Part shown: positions 17,908 through 27,900 of the stretch, in pieces
How positions within the stretch are numbered: position 1 is the stretch's first letter
Layout: the number at the start of each line of letters is the position of its first letter
Assembly: GCF_000018785.1 (NCBI RefSeq)
Contig: NC_010163.1
Coordinates: forward strand, 870,001 to 902,000
DNA length: 32,000 nt
Origin: Acholeplasma laidlawii PG-8A
GTDB taxonomy: Bacteria; Bacillota_I; Bacilli_A; Acholeplasmatales; Acholeplasmataceae
Direction: 5' to 3'
The notes under the pieces: generated by a model
The model's database searches: none
Told to the model about the DNA's origin: nothing
Seen by the model: the letters and a program-made list of their open reading frames with translations, nothing else
Translations under genes and position numbers: made by a program

Positions 17908-18386
17908 AAAGCTTTTACCTCCACACTTAAGAGTTCATTCCCCTTAAATTCACAGTGATAATGATATTTTTTCTTATCTTGAATAACATTCATGATAAAG
18001 TAGGGAATATTATATGATACACCTAAGTTTTCTTTATTAACAATCCAATCGATTTGTTTCCAAGCTAATATACCTTCTCTTGTTTCAATTGGTGTTATAT
18101 AATCAAAGTCTTCTGGTACTTCAGCAAAATAAAGATGAAGTCCTAAAGAGGGTGTATTAAACTCACCGTTCCAAGTTACGATACCTTTATCAAAAATGCT
18201 ATGTTTATCCACTTTTATATTGGTTTCTTCTAATATTTCTCGGTGTATACAATCTAGTGGTGATTCACCTTGATTTCTTTTACCACCCACACCATTCCAG
18301 ATACCAAACCATGGACTTTTATTTCTGTTGAGCATTAATATGGATTTTCCGCGCTTAATAAAGCATAAAGTGTATAAAAATTGCAT
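17904..18386 (-). CDS. NUDIX hydrolase
   Basis: GVGGKRNQGESPLDCIHREILEETNI matches Nudix box GX5EX7REUXEEXGU. Confidence 0.93.
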   Translation of the reverse strand: MQFLYTLCFIKRGKSILMLNRNKSPWFGIWNGVGGKRNQGESPLDCIHREILEETNIKVDKHSIFDKGIVTWNGEFNTPSLGLHLYFAEVPEDFDYITPIETREGILAWKQIDWIVNKENLGVSYNIPYFIMNVIQDKKKYHYHCEFKGNELLSVEVKAL

Positions 18387-18399
18387 GTTTATTATTCCT

Positions 18400-18410
18400 T
18401 TTCATCATCT
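18400..18410 (-). promoter_or_regulatory. Approximate region just downstream of a probable extended -10 promoter (TGTTATAAT, minus strand ~18413..18426) for the NUDIX-ABC-F operon
   Basis: TGTTATAAT upstream of GGAATAATAAACATG. The -35 is weak and coordinates are approximate. Confidence 0.35.
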
Positions 18411-18438
18411 TAGTTATTATAACATGCATGACAAAATA

Positions 18439-18588
18439 AAAATAGAGTTTCAAGTTTCCCAAATACTTTTAAATGCGCTAGTATTAAAAGTAGATAAGAA
18501 AATTAGAACTCTATTTTAAGAGTGATTTCTGTAGGGAGAGTACAGAATATCTTGTTTGTAATTTATGCTGGAGAATGCTAAATTACAA
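18439..18588. other. Multi-hairpin intergenic element (candidate structured RNA; strand unresolved)
   Basis: Inverted repeats: AAAATAGAGTT 18439-18449 / AACTCTATTTT 18507-18517; TACTTTTAA 18464-18472 / TTAAAAGTA 18484-18492; TTCTGTA 18527-18533 / TACAGAA 18541-18547; TTGTAATTTA 18556-18565 / TAAATTACAA 18579-18588. Confidence 0.45.
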
Positions 18589-18677
18589 GAAGTAAAAAGA
18601 GGTTGTTTTAATAATTTTATTTTTTTCAATCAAAAAAGGATTTCAAAAATAAATTTAAACACGAATATGATGTATAA

Positions 18678-18851
18678 TTAAGGGTGCACGACTCCAGCAA
18701 TTGGAGCAAGATCAGTATTACCAAAATCTTCAAACCCTAGTTTTGAGCTTTGAGCTCTCTCAGGATGATCATTAACAACAGATGCAGACATATTTGAAAC
18801 AAATACTACTGCCACTAAGAATAAAACGATTACTAATAATAATTTTTTCAT
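18678..18851 (-). CDS. Candidate peptide-pheromone precursor (57 aa, Sec signal peptide), absent from the ORF track
   Basis: MKKLLLVIVLFLVAAVFVSNMSASVVNDHPERAQSSKLGFEDFGNTDLAPIAGVVHP*. Canonical GAGGTGAT Shine-Dalgarno upstream. Divergent from an RRNPP-like regulator. Confidence 0.75.
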   Translation of the reverse strand: MKKLLLVIVLFLVAVVFVSNMSASVVNDHPERAQSSKLGFEDFGNTDLAPIAGVVHP

Positions 18852-18899
18852 TTAAATCACCTCATGTCTATATTCTACTAAATAACCTTATATTGTGAC

Positions 18900-18915
18900 A
18901 CGACATATATGTCGT
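18900..18915. promoter_or_regulatory. Perfect 16-bp palindrome, candidate operator of the divergent regulator/peptide pair
   Basis: ACGACATA|TATGTCGT, between the peptide ORF (ATG at 18851) and the regulator start (TTG at 18937). Confidence 0.6.
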
Positions 18916-18936
18916 ATAGTGAAAGGAGTAAAAAAA

Positions 18937-19881
18937 TTGTTCAATCACTCAAAAGAATTAGCTCTTTTTCTCGAACAAATGCGTTTTTCCAGAGGCATTT
19001 CGCAAGAAGATTTTACGGATGGTATCATTTCAAATAGACAATATCAACGTTACATAAACGGAAGTTCAGCAATGCCCTATCATTTATTAGATGCTTTTGC
19101 TGAGCGATTAAATACCAAAAAAGAAATATTATTGTTGGAATTTGATAACTATGCAATTAAAGAGGCAGAAATAGTTCTAGATTTTTATAACGCAATCAAT
19201 AATAACGAATTAGATAAAGCTAAATTAATCGGAGAAAATATTAGTCCTAAGTTTATCTTAGATAATTATAATCTTAAATTATATGAACATGCTAAGTCAC
19301 TCATGAATTACATGGAAAATAAAATTACAAAATCAGATTATATAATATATAACAAGAATCTCATTGATTATCCAAAAATTTTATCTCACGCAGCAATGAC
19401 TATGATTGAAACTGTAATTTTATCCAGTTTATTGCCCTATACTGATGAAGAAGAACAAAACAAAATATTTCCAAAAATCCAGTCGTTTCTATCTAATCCT
19501 AATTTGATATGGACAGGAAGTCAAATATTAACTTTTAACATGATTATATATATGATTGCAAAGTACTCTGGTGTTAAGAAAGATTTTAAAAATGTCATAC
19601 ATTTTTGTAAGATGGGTATCGCTACGAATTTAAAGGCAAGATATTTTTTAAATCTTGATTACTACTATTACTTCTTGGCATTATCTTATTACAATCTAGG
19701 TAACCAAGAGTTATTCAATTTAAATTTATATAAGTGCTATACAACACTAGAAATGATGGACAACCCAACTAAAACGTCAAAAATACTTAATTTAGTAAGA
19801 AAAGATTTCAACATGGATTTAAATCAGTTTGCAATTGAATATCAACTTAAGAAGTATAAATCAAAAGGTTTGAACATTTAG
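18937..19881 (+). CDS. XRE-HTH + TPR-like transcriptional regulator (RRNPP/Rgg/PlcR type); TTG start preferred over the GTG at 18895
   Basis: N-terminal HTH (LALFLEQMRFSRGISQEDFTDGIISNRQYQRYINGSSAMPYHLLDAFAERLN) followed by ~240 aa helical repeats. GGAG-N8-TTG ribosome-binding arrangement at 18937. Confidence 0.8.
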   Translation: MFNHSKELALFLEQMRFSRGISQEDFTDGIISNRQYQRYINGSSAMPYHLLDAFAERLNTKKEILLLEFDNYAIKEAEIVLDFYNAINNNELDKAKLIGENISPKFILDNYNLKLYEHAKSLMNYMENKITKSDYIIYNKNLIDYPKILSHAAMTMIETVILSSLLPYTDEEEQNKIFPKIQSFLSNPNLIWTGSQILTFNMIIYMIAKYSGVKKDFKNVIHFCKMGIATNLKARYFLNLDYYYYFLALSYYNLGNQELFNLNLYKCYTTLEMMDNPTKTSKILNLVRKDFNMDLNQFAIEYQLKKYKSKGLNI

Positions 19882-20510
19882 TTCAAACCTTTATTTATTA
19901 ATTTCTCTATGAAATTTTTAAGTAATACAAGTAAAACTGTAAATAATACAATGACCGGTAGCATGATACCTAAACAGAATATTAGTACACTACCAAGTGA
20001 TTGATCACCATATGTTGGATTCATAAAATTGTATGGATACCAATTGGTCCATGGACCAACCGCTAAAATAATCCCAAAATATAATATTGGCAAGATAAGT
20101 GAGACCCATACATGGCGTAGTTTGATACATTCTTGAATAAGTAGGTAGTAAAATGCTGCAAATAGTACTGGGTTGATCGTATGAACCACATGGTTTTGGA
20201 ACGACATGCCTGGCTCTGCTAGCAGTGCATGATATATGATGCCTGTCATCAATATGGCTACCAAACCAATTACAGCTAAATATTTAAACCATTTTTCCTG
20301 ATGTATGTTTAGTAAATATAAACCAACTACAACAAATACTATCATATTGGAAATATTTGTAAACATTCTTAATCTTTCTAAAACCTCTAACATAGATTCA
20401 TTTAAAAAGAATAAATCTATCATTGCATACACATTGAAGATGAAAATAATACCTGCGATTGTCTTTGTTGTTTTTTTATTATCTCTGATGGATTGGATCC
20501 AATTACTCAT
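19878..20510 (-). CDS. Pr6Pr/TIGR02206-like six-TM membrane protein
   Basis: 210 aa, ~6 TM helices, LRMFTNISNMIVFVVVGLYLL, YNFMNPTYG. Family assignment is from recall. Confidence 0.7.
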   Translation of the reverse strand: MSNWIQSIRDNKKTTKTIAGIIFIFNVYAMIDLFFLNESMLEVLERLRMFTNISNMIVFVVVGLYLLNIHQEKWFKYLAVIGLVAILMTGIIYHALLAEPGMSFQNHVVHTINPVLFAAFYYLLIQECIKLRHVWVSLILPILYFGIILAVGPWTNWYPYNFMNPTYGDQSLGSVLIFCLGIMLPVIVLFTVLLVLLKNFIEKLINKGLN

Positions 20511-20555
20511 ATATGTTATTCTCCTTTATGAAGAATATTATACTAGTTTCATCGA

Positions 20556-22099
20556 TTATTTCAATCTAATTGACTTTCTTCTTTTAATAATGAGTATGGA
20601 TGAACCAACAATTAATACTATCAACGTTAGTGTTACACGGATTATAATCCATATATTATGTATATTGGTAGAGTTTATATCTGTTTGAATTGGTATGGTT
20701 TCATTGACTCTAACTTGTGTTTGAATTTGAATCCATTCAGTTCCAGTATTAGCACTTAATGTAACAACATATACACCTGGTTTAGTCTCATTCCCCTCAT
20801 AATCATTTTGAGTGATTTCAATTTCTGTGTAATTAATCGTTAATAGATTCTTGATTAATCCAAGTAATTCATTTGCGTCATGTATATTGCTTGCATCTAA
20901 GTTAATTGCAGGTATTTTAATAAAAAATACTGGTGGGGTATTGTCTAATACCTCAATAAATACTTCTTTAGTTGCTTCATTACCAAATTGATCTTTTGCT
21001 CCTATAATTACTGTAAACTGTCCAGTTTCATGTTTTTTAAAATCACTTGATTTGATATATACTTCAATGAAATCCTTATCTATTTCATCAATTGCTGACA
21101 TACTTTCTAGAATCATTTCTAAATCAAATTGATCTTCAATATCAATGATATATGTACTTCACCAGTAATAATAGGTGCAACATCATCAATTACATAAATA
21201 TGTTGTCTAACAGTGACAGCATTACCATTGTAATCATCCACCATGATATCAACATAGTATTGTCCAACAATATGTTCATTACCTGTATAATTTTCATCAT
21301 CAATTGATATTTCTAAGTTCTCTGTATAGTTATCTGTTGCCTCTACGATGTCAATAAGAGTTCCTACATCAATTTTGCCGGCATAACTAATCCTAATATC
21401 TTCTAAAGGTTGGACAACAGGTGGTTTTGTGTCTTGGACCCACACATTGTAAGTATATGTTGTTTTATTATTAGATAGATCTGTTGCTTCTATTGTCACT
21501 TTATACAGACCTGGTTTATGTTTATTCGGGGTGTAATTATCATTTATTATAACGATACTATCCGTAATGTTTCCATTTTGATTGTCCCATGCTCCAAACA
21601 ACTCATTTAATTCTAGAATATCTAGTGGATACTCTACATCAACTTTTAATGTGATAGTAGACTGAACTCTAGAGAATTCTCTTCCTTTTACAAAGTACAT
21701 ATGAAAATTACCTAAATCTTCTAGTAATGTCGTATCCTCTTGACTAGACAATTTTAAGATGCCATCTTTATTATAATGAGTGCTATCTAATAAAATTGAT
21801 GTTCTTCCAACATAACTGTATATGATATTACCCGTATCTGCATCAGATACTACAAATGTTTCATATAGTGAATCTATTTTATATATATTTGGACCCATAC
21901 GACTCATCACATCATCATTAAATAAAATGTCATCAAATGCTGCTATATAGACACGGTCATGCGTCTCTATAAGTTCCATTTCATCCAGACCTTCTAGCGG
22001 TTTTAAACTCACTGGAAGTGCATGTACATTCGGTATCAGTGATACCGTCAAACAAAGTATACTTATCCATATAACTATCATTAAAAGCTTTTGTTTCAT
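20556..22099 (-). pseudogene. Surface protein with repeated Ig-like (HYR/DUF5011-like) domains and C-terminal TM anchor, disrupted by a frameshift near 21158; tracked as two ORFs (21119..22099 and 20556..21116)
   Basis: 5' ORF has a signal peptide and ends out of frame (DDVAPIITGEVHISLILKINLI*). The 3' ORF continues the domain from frame -1 (YIIDIEDQFDLEMILESMSAIDEIDKDF...) and ends with a TM helix + KRRKSIRLK. Confidence 0.65.
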
Positions 22100-22170
22100 A
22101 TTAAAATCTCCTTTTATTTACTTTCTACCTTATAGTAGAGACAAAATATAAAAATGACTTTTATTTTTGT

Positions 22171-22199
22171 TTGACAAATAAGTAAACTTGATATACAAT
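22171..22199 (+). promoter_or_regulatory. Promoter of tRNA-Lys
   Basis: TTGACA-N17-TACAAT, 20 nt upstream of tRNA. Confidence 0.8.
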
Positions 22200-22219
22200 G
22201 ATAATGCTTTATAAAAAAT

Positions 22220-22295
22220 GCATCCATAGCTCAGTTGGTAGAGCAACAGACTCTTAATCTGTGGGTCCACGGTTCGAGCCCGTGTGGGTGTACCA
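22220..22295 (+). tRNA. tRNA-Lys(CTT), CCA encoded
   Basis: 76-nt cloverleaf GCATCCATAGCTCAGTTGGTAGAGCAACAGACTCTTAATCTGTGGGTCCACGGTTCGAGCCCGTGTGGGTGTACCA, anticodon CTT in CTCTTAA loop. Confidence 0.96.
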
Positions 22296-22307
22296 TTTAT
22301 ATATGAA

Positions 22308-22346
22308 AAGGCCATTTGATGAACATATCAAATGGCCTTATTTTTT
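22308..22346. terminator. Intrinsic terminator after tRNA-Lys
   Basis: AAGGCCATTTGAT-GAACAT-ATCAAATGGCCTTATTTTTT, 13-bp perfect stem. Confidence 0.9.
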
Positions 22347-22364
22347 CGTTATTAAAATCAATAA

Positions 22365-23045
22365 TTATTTTACTCTCTTACCTTTTTCATAGTATTTAGA
22401 CGCCATATAACTATAGATTATTTTCCCATCTTCTATAATCATATATCCAGGTTCATAAATCACATAGATTGGTCTTTCATGATAGTGACTTGTACGTCTT
22501 AAACTCTTCTTTTGTTGTTTACGGCGGTTATAATGCACCTCAACACCAAAATCCTCTAATAAGCCAATACCATCACTTAATTGATATTTTTTATAGTCTC
22601 TATCTTTTGAAATATGGAACCAGTTAAATTGAACCATGGTCCCTGCAGATGGTCCCATGACTACTTTATTAGAGTTTTTAATGGTATCTAATAAGTTATA
22701 TTCTACGAGACGATTATAGAATTTTTCTGGTGCACCACCTGGTAAAAAGATGATATCTGCATCACTGACTTTTTTTATGGCGCTATCCGCTGTATCCTTT
22801 TTATAAATCACCCAACTCACATTATCCGGATCGATACCATAACTTAAAAACGGTTCTAAAATATGCAGATACCAAATACCTAGAGGTTGTTCATAACCTT
22901 TGTGATATTGATCTATCATATCATCAGACTCAAATTGTGAGAATGCTATTACGCATATCTTACTATCTTTATGAATGTATTTTTCTAAATGTTTTTTGAC
23001 ATATGGTTTGTCATAGATTGTTCTTGAACTTAATATATTTATCAT
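22365..23045 (-). CDS. Peptidase S51-like / type 1 glutamine amidotransferase-like protein
   Basis: DIIFLPGGAPEKF and VVMGPSAGTMVQ nucleophile elbow motif. Confidence 0.82.
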   Translation of the reverse strand: MINILSSRTIYDKPYVKKHLEKYIHKDSKICVIAFSQFESDDMIDQYHKGYEQPLGIWYLHILEPFLSYGIDPDNVSWVIYKKDTADSAIKKVSDADIIFLPGGAPEKFYNRLVEYNLLDTIKNSNKVVMGPSAGTMVQFNWFHISKDRDYKKYQLSDGIGLLEDFGVEVHYNRRKQQKKSLRRTSHYHERPIYVIYEPGYMIIEDGKIIYSYMASKYYEKGKRVK

Positions 23046-23113
23046 GACCCTATTATACCTTATTTTTACATGATTTTAAAGTCTATTAGAGGTGCAATTA
23101 AAGGTTAAAAAAA

Positions 23114-23134
23114 AACACCTTCTAAAAAGGTGTT
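23114..23134 (-). terminator. Intrinsic terminator overlapping the stop codon of 23122..23478
   Basis: Minus AACACCTT-TTTAG-AAGGTGTTTTTTTTT. Confidence 0.85.
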
Positions 23135-23478
23135 TTACAGCATGCGCCAAGTGTTTGATCTTTCTTAACTTTTTCAATTAAATGTAAAATGACATCTTCA
23201 TCTAACATCACATGAACAAGCGCGTTCGTAATACCTTCACTTAAGAAGGATTCAAGTTCAGCTAAAGTTCTTAACTGTTTTTCAGTTTGGGTTTGAAGTC
23301 TGTTATCAAGTAGTTGATCTTCATGATCCATAACAAGCGCCAACATGTATTCTTTATACGCTTTAATATGATCGCATAACTCATCCACACTAAGTTTTTT
23401 TAGAGCATCTACAGTTGGTTTTTTCTTCTTGTAATATTCAGTTTCAACAAATGTCTTATAACTTTTTTCTTCTGTCAC
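23122..23478 (-). CDS. Hypothetical protein
   Basis: 118 aa ORF followed by a terminator. Confidence 0.6.
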   Translation of the reverse strand: MTEEKSYKTFVETEYYKKKKPTVDALKKLSVDELCDHIKAYKEYMLALVMDHEDQLLDNRLQTQTEKQLRTLAELESFLSEGITNALVHVMLDEDVILHLIEKVKKDQTLGACCKTPF

Positions 23479-23586
23479 TTTTATAACCTCTAATTGATAT
23501 GAAGTATTGTAGCATTAAACAAAATAAATGTCATGGAAAGTGGATTATAACTTATGAATTGTGTGAATTTCCGTGACATTAAGAAA

Positions 23587-23610
23587 AAACACTTACCATG
23601 GTAAGTGTTT
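23587..23610 (-). terminator. Intrinsic terminator (24-bp palindrome)
   Basis: AAACACTTACCATGGTAAGTGTTT, followed by T-run on the minus strand. Confidence 0.75.
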
Positions 23611-23628
23611 ATAACTATTATTTTATGA

Positions 23629-23829
23629 TTAAGGTTGTTGTGTCACAATTGGTTGTAGTGTTTCATTTTCTATGGATTCAGGATAAGGATAAGCTTCTTC
23701 ACGTAAGCGTTTGAACATGACATAAATTAAACCTCTAGTCAAATCAAGTCTTGTTACGATACCCAAATCTCTTTCACCCTCAACACGAATTTTTTCACCG
23801 ATTAAATACGTTTCATTGCTCCATGCCAT
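23629..23829 (-). CDS. Small hypothetical protein (66 aa), SH3-like beta pattern possible
   Basis: MAWSNETYLIGEKIRVEGERDLGIVTRLDLTRGLIYVMFKRLREEAYPYPESI..., with own terminator. Confidence 0.6.
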   Translation of the reverse strand: MAWSNETYLIGEKIRVEGERDLGIVTRLDLTRGLIYVMFKRLREEAYPYPESIENETLQPIVTQQP

Positions 23830-23875
23830 ATGTCATTTCTCCTAACATTTAAACTACTATTTATTATACCATATT

Positions 23876-24919
23876 TCAAGCTAAAATATCTTTAATTATT
23901 TTTCCAATTACGAAACTATGGTTTCTATCCTTTATTCTTTGGAACCATAATAGTAATTGTTTTAAACTCGGATCTTGAATTAATTTAATTAATTGATCTA
24001 AATCTTGCATAAATAAAGGGTGATCCATATCATTTAAATTATTAATTAAACGTTTAGCTTGTTTACTTGTTTTAATTGTTTTATATAGTTTTTCTATTAA
24101 TGGGGGCATTGTTAAAACAGGTATACGAATCTTTTTACTATTGATATCCAAATTCATTTTATAAATCGCTAATATTTGCTGTTTGGCAGCATAATCAATG
24201 ATTTCCTGATACTTATCATCCTTCCAGATAAAAATCTCTTTAAGGAGTTTTAATCGATATAAAAAGCGGTGGTTCGAACCCTTAGATAAGTTGTTTTCAC
24301 GTAAGAATTTCCCCTCTATTAATTCTAAATCCTGTAGATTATAAACACCATTGAGTGATTGCTCAAATAAGGATACTAAAAGTCCAGTGGTTTCAGTCTT
24401 ATGTGGTGTATTTTGAAGATATCTTTCTAAGTCTATTAATACATTGTTTTTTTCTAGTTCGTAAGCATTCAAAACACTATCAAATGATACTGTTTGAATG
24501 CTTCGATTGATTTTCTTATCTGTAATAATATAGGTTATATAAGAAAGTTTATCTTTTGTAATTTCATCTTCAATAATGACAGAAAATCCAAATGAACCAT
24601 CTTCATAGTTTCTATTTGTTGGATGTCCTACAATATCATTACGTAAATATTTTAAATGTCTTAAGTTTCTATTTTGGTTGATGTTAACGTGGTATTTATA
24701 TTTCGTTGCTGTAAAAGAGAGTTGATATAACGCATCAATGGCTACAAATAAGCCTTGAAGTAACCCAAAAACGTCAAGTAAAATATCTGCTTTACTGGAT
24801 GCATCTCTAACTTTAAAATCTTCTATCATAAGATCCACATACTTTAATGCGGCTACACTACTTTCAGCTCTAATTTTTGCATCAAACGCTAAGTTTTCAA
24901 TTGCTTTTTCAATTCTCAT
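23876..24919 (-). CDS. Hypothetical protein with HEPN-like LRNDIVGHP motif
   Basis: 347 aa helical protein; NLRHLKYLRNDIVGHPTNR. Overlaps the upstream signalling gene by 11 nt. Confidence 0.7.
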   Translation of the reverse strand: MRIEKAIENLAFDAKIRAESSVAALKYVDLMIEDFKVRDASSKADILLDVFGLLQGLFVAIDALYQLSFTATKYKYHVNINQNRNLRHLKYLRNDIVGHPTNRNYEDGSFGFSVIIEDEITKDKLSYITYIITDKKINRSIQTVSFDSVLNAYELEKNNVLIDLERYLQNTPHKTETTGLLVSLFEQSLNGVYNLQDLELIEGKFLRENNLSKGSNHRFLYRLKLLKEIFIWKDDKYQEIIDYAAKQQILAIYKMNLDINSKKIRIPVLTMPPLIEKLYKTIKTSKQAKRLINNLNDMDHPLFMQDLDQLIKLIQDPSLKQLLLWFQRIKDRNHSFVIGKIIKDILA

Positions 24920-27900
24920 TTGAACTATTTCCTTTGATTTTTATAAATAGCCTATCTGCAGTAATTGGTTTATACATATCACCTTGAATGTATTTGATGC
25001 CTAAACTATGAAGTACTTCTTTGTGTTCAGGTGACTTTACATCTCTAATGATAACTGCCATGTGATGATTTAGGAACAATTGGTGCATACTTTGAATATA
25101 TTGGTTCCATTTATCGTCCGTAGATTTAAAGTCCAGATGAAGTGCATTAAATGGATAGGAAAGGGCAGTTTCCACAGATGTTGTATCCAGTCCAATACCC
25201 GTATTGGCAAGTTCTGATATTTGATTTAAGTGCTGATTGATTTTTATATTATCACCCTTGACTTTAAATCGAATAAATTCAAAGGGTATACTATATTGAT
25301 GAAACAACCCAAAGATATAAGGATTAAAGTCTACACTCGTAAATGTTTCTTTAGAAATTGGAATGGTAATTTTAATGAGCTTAGTTGTCTCTTTTTCGAG
25401 TGTATGTAAAAACTCACAGACCATCTTAATATGATGGTGTTCTAACGCTTCTAAACGATTACGTTTTTTAGCAATTGCGTGTAGGTATTTACTATCTACA
25501 GCAATATTTTCTAAGATAAGATCAGATTCATATTGCCAAATAACATTTCTATCTAAATCGATTATTTGCTCAAAAGCAAGTGATAGTTGATTGGTTTCAA
25601 TCGCTTGATTTAAGTAGTTAATGACTTGTTGTTCAAAGACTTCATTTTCATAGATAGAATGCTCATAGAATATATAGGGTTCATCACTTGCTTTTCTTCT
25701 TAAATAATCTAGTGATAATTCTAAATATCTAAATATCTTACTTGGTAGTTTTTCTTCTGTAACAACAGGATATCTAATCACAGCTATTTTCGGTTCAAAT
25801 TGTTCGTAGCTTATGACTACAGATTCCGTGTCATTTAAGTATTTAATATATGCTTTTAATAATCTTGTCACACTTCGTATATCATTTACAGGTACATATA
25901 CAAACAATTGGTTTGTACCATATCGGTAAACTGTACCATCTTCAAAGAACTTTTGACTACGTTGACCAAACTCTTTAAAGAATTTTAATGCAATATCACT
26001 ACCATAGATAGGTAAAATAGATTCATTAAATGATATGAGTAAAAATGAACCTTTATCTTTAATGTACTTTTCAAAGTTATTATGTAGCGCATTTAAATTT
26101 AAAAGCGATGTTTCAAAGTCCACTGTAGCTTCTTCAATGAGTTTCATACGTTCATCATAAATATGTGTAATATCATCAAAGATTGAAATTACATGAATTT
26201 CATCTTGAGTAGCGATTGAAACAAGTCTTTCTTTAATTTGTTTATCTAAATAAACGTAGGTGACTACATCCATTAAACCTGCTTTTTCAAATAATCTTTG
26301 AACTGAATGTTCATAAGCTTTAATTTCATGAACACCTAGATTTCTTAAAAACAGCTCAAATGGTAAGTGACTATCAACATTGAGTAATTTTTGACTTGCG
26401 ATATTATAAGTTGATTGATGATTCGTCATGATACGTAGGTTCATTAAGTTTGAGTCTAGGATATGTCTTAAAAACGTATTTTCAGTACGAATATTACCTA
26501 TTTTCTCTTCATCCTTTAAACTTCCATAGATGATGGTTGAAATACCTTTAAATAGGTCAAAAAAGGTTCCTGGATCTTGTATTTCATCTTTTAGATATAC
26601 CATGAAGGCACCTAAATCATAAAGGGCAAAACTATAAATATAGCCAACACTTTCATCATATGGTTTACCAGTTAATATATTTTTGGAATCCATAAATGAT
26701 TTTGGTGTACCAAAACGCTCTTGACCATCTTTTAAGACATTATGAATGATGGTGTCATAATAACTTTGAGGTATCAGTTGCTTATCGTAGAGTCTTTCTT
26801 TTTTATAATGATAGAGCATATCATCTTTACTGGTAAAGACGATAAAGTCTGTTGCATCTACTACTTCAGATACACGCATAAAAAAGAGTCTTAAGTATTC
26901 TCTATAGTGTTTGTTATCATGGATTTGATGAGCATACCCAAAGAGCTCAATTAAGGCATCCATGTGATAGATATTTTCCTTAACTGCTGAAACTTTAGGA
27001 GCTATACTTACTTGATGATCCGTGACCTTAATGCCTGAATCTTTCTTTTCTTCAATAACAGATTCATTTTTCTTTTGTTTCTTTAATTCTTTTTGAAGAT
27101 TTTTTAACTTCTTGGCATAATTATCATAAAGAAATTTGTTTTTAATTTCCTCATAAAAATTCATGAAAAGTTCATAGGATTTTAATCTAAATTCAGGTGA
27201 TTCTAACTCTATTTTCTCACTAAAATCGCCATCTAGAATTGCTAGTCTATGTGAATCCTTTTCATGTACATAAACTTCTAAAAGCGTCATAAATGCAGAC
27301 ATTTCATGTCTTTTATCTTGACGATATTGATTTGCGATTAATTTAGCTTCACTATACTGATTTAATTGTAGTAGTGTTTTTAAATATAGTGGTATATACG
27401 TTTGTTCATAATCTAATCTTTTGAGTTCAGCCATCAAAGTAATGGCTTTATTTGGTTCATTTTGATTTAAGTAATTCACTAAAAGATCTTTTAATAATGA
27501 TAGTTTTATGTCATTAGGTAATGTATCTTGTAGTAATCTTTCGATATCTTCAGTATAATTTTGATGGGTTATCTTTTTAAATTCTAATAAATTTAAATCA
27601 GCTAAATATCTTTTATTTACCGGTAGTACTTCTTTACGATCTTGAATATAGGCATATGCAATATCATATTTTTCTAAGTTCATAGCAGATAAATAAATCA
27701 GTTCATAAAGTACTTCTAATTCAGGATTTTGATGATGTTGAATCAACTTCTCATGATAAGCTATACCTTCATTTAATACGATTGGATATGCTTTTAGAGC
27801 ATAATAGGTTTTCATTAAATGGATAAAAACTGTTTGGTGTTCCAAAACAGTTAATGTCTTATGCTCTATGAAATTTAATATTTCAGCAACGGATTCTTGA

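Noticed and set aside
18328-18519. Plus-strand 63-aa ORF
   Set aside because: Crosses the NUDIX start and the inverted-repeat cluster; low-complexity coding with no support.
20305-20688. Plus-strand 127-aa ORF
   Set aside because: Antisense across the 3' parts of two minus-strand membrane protein genes; no ribosome-binding evidence.
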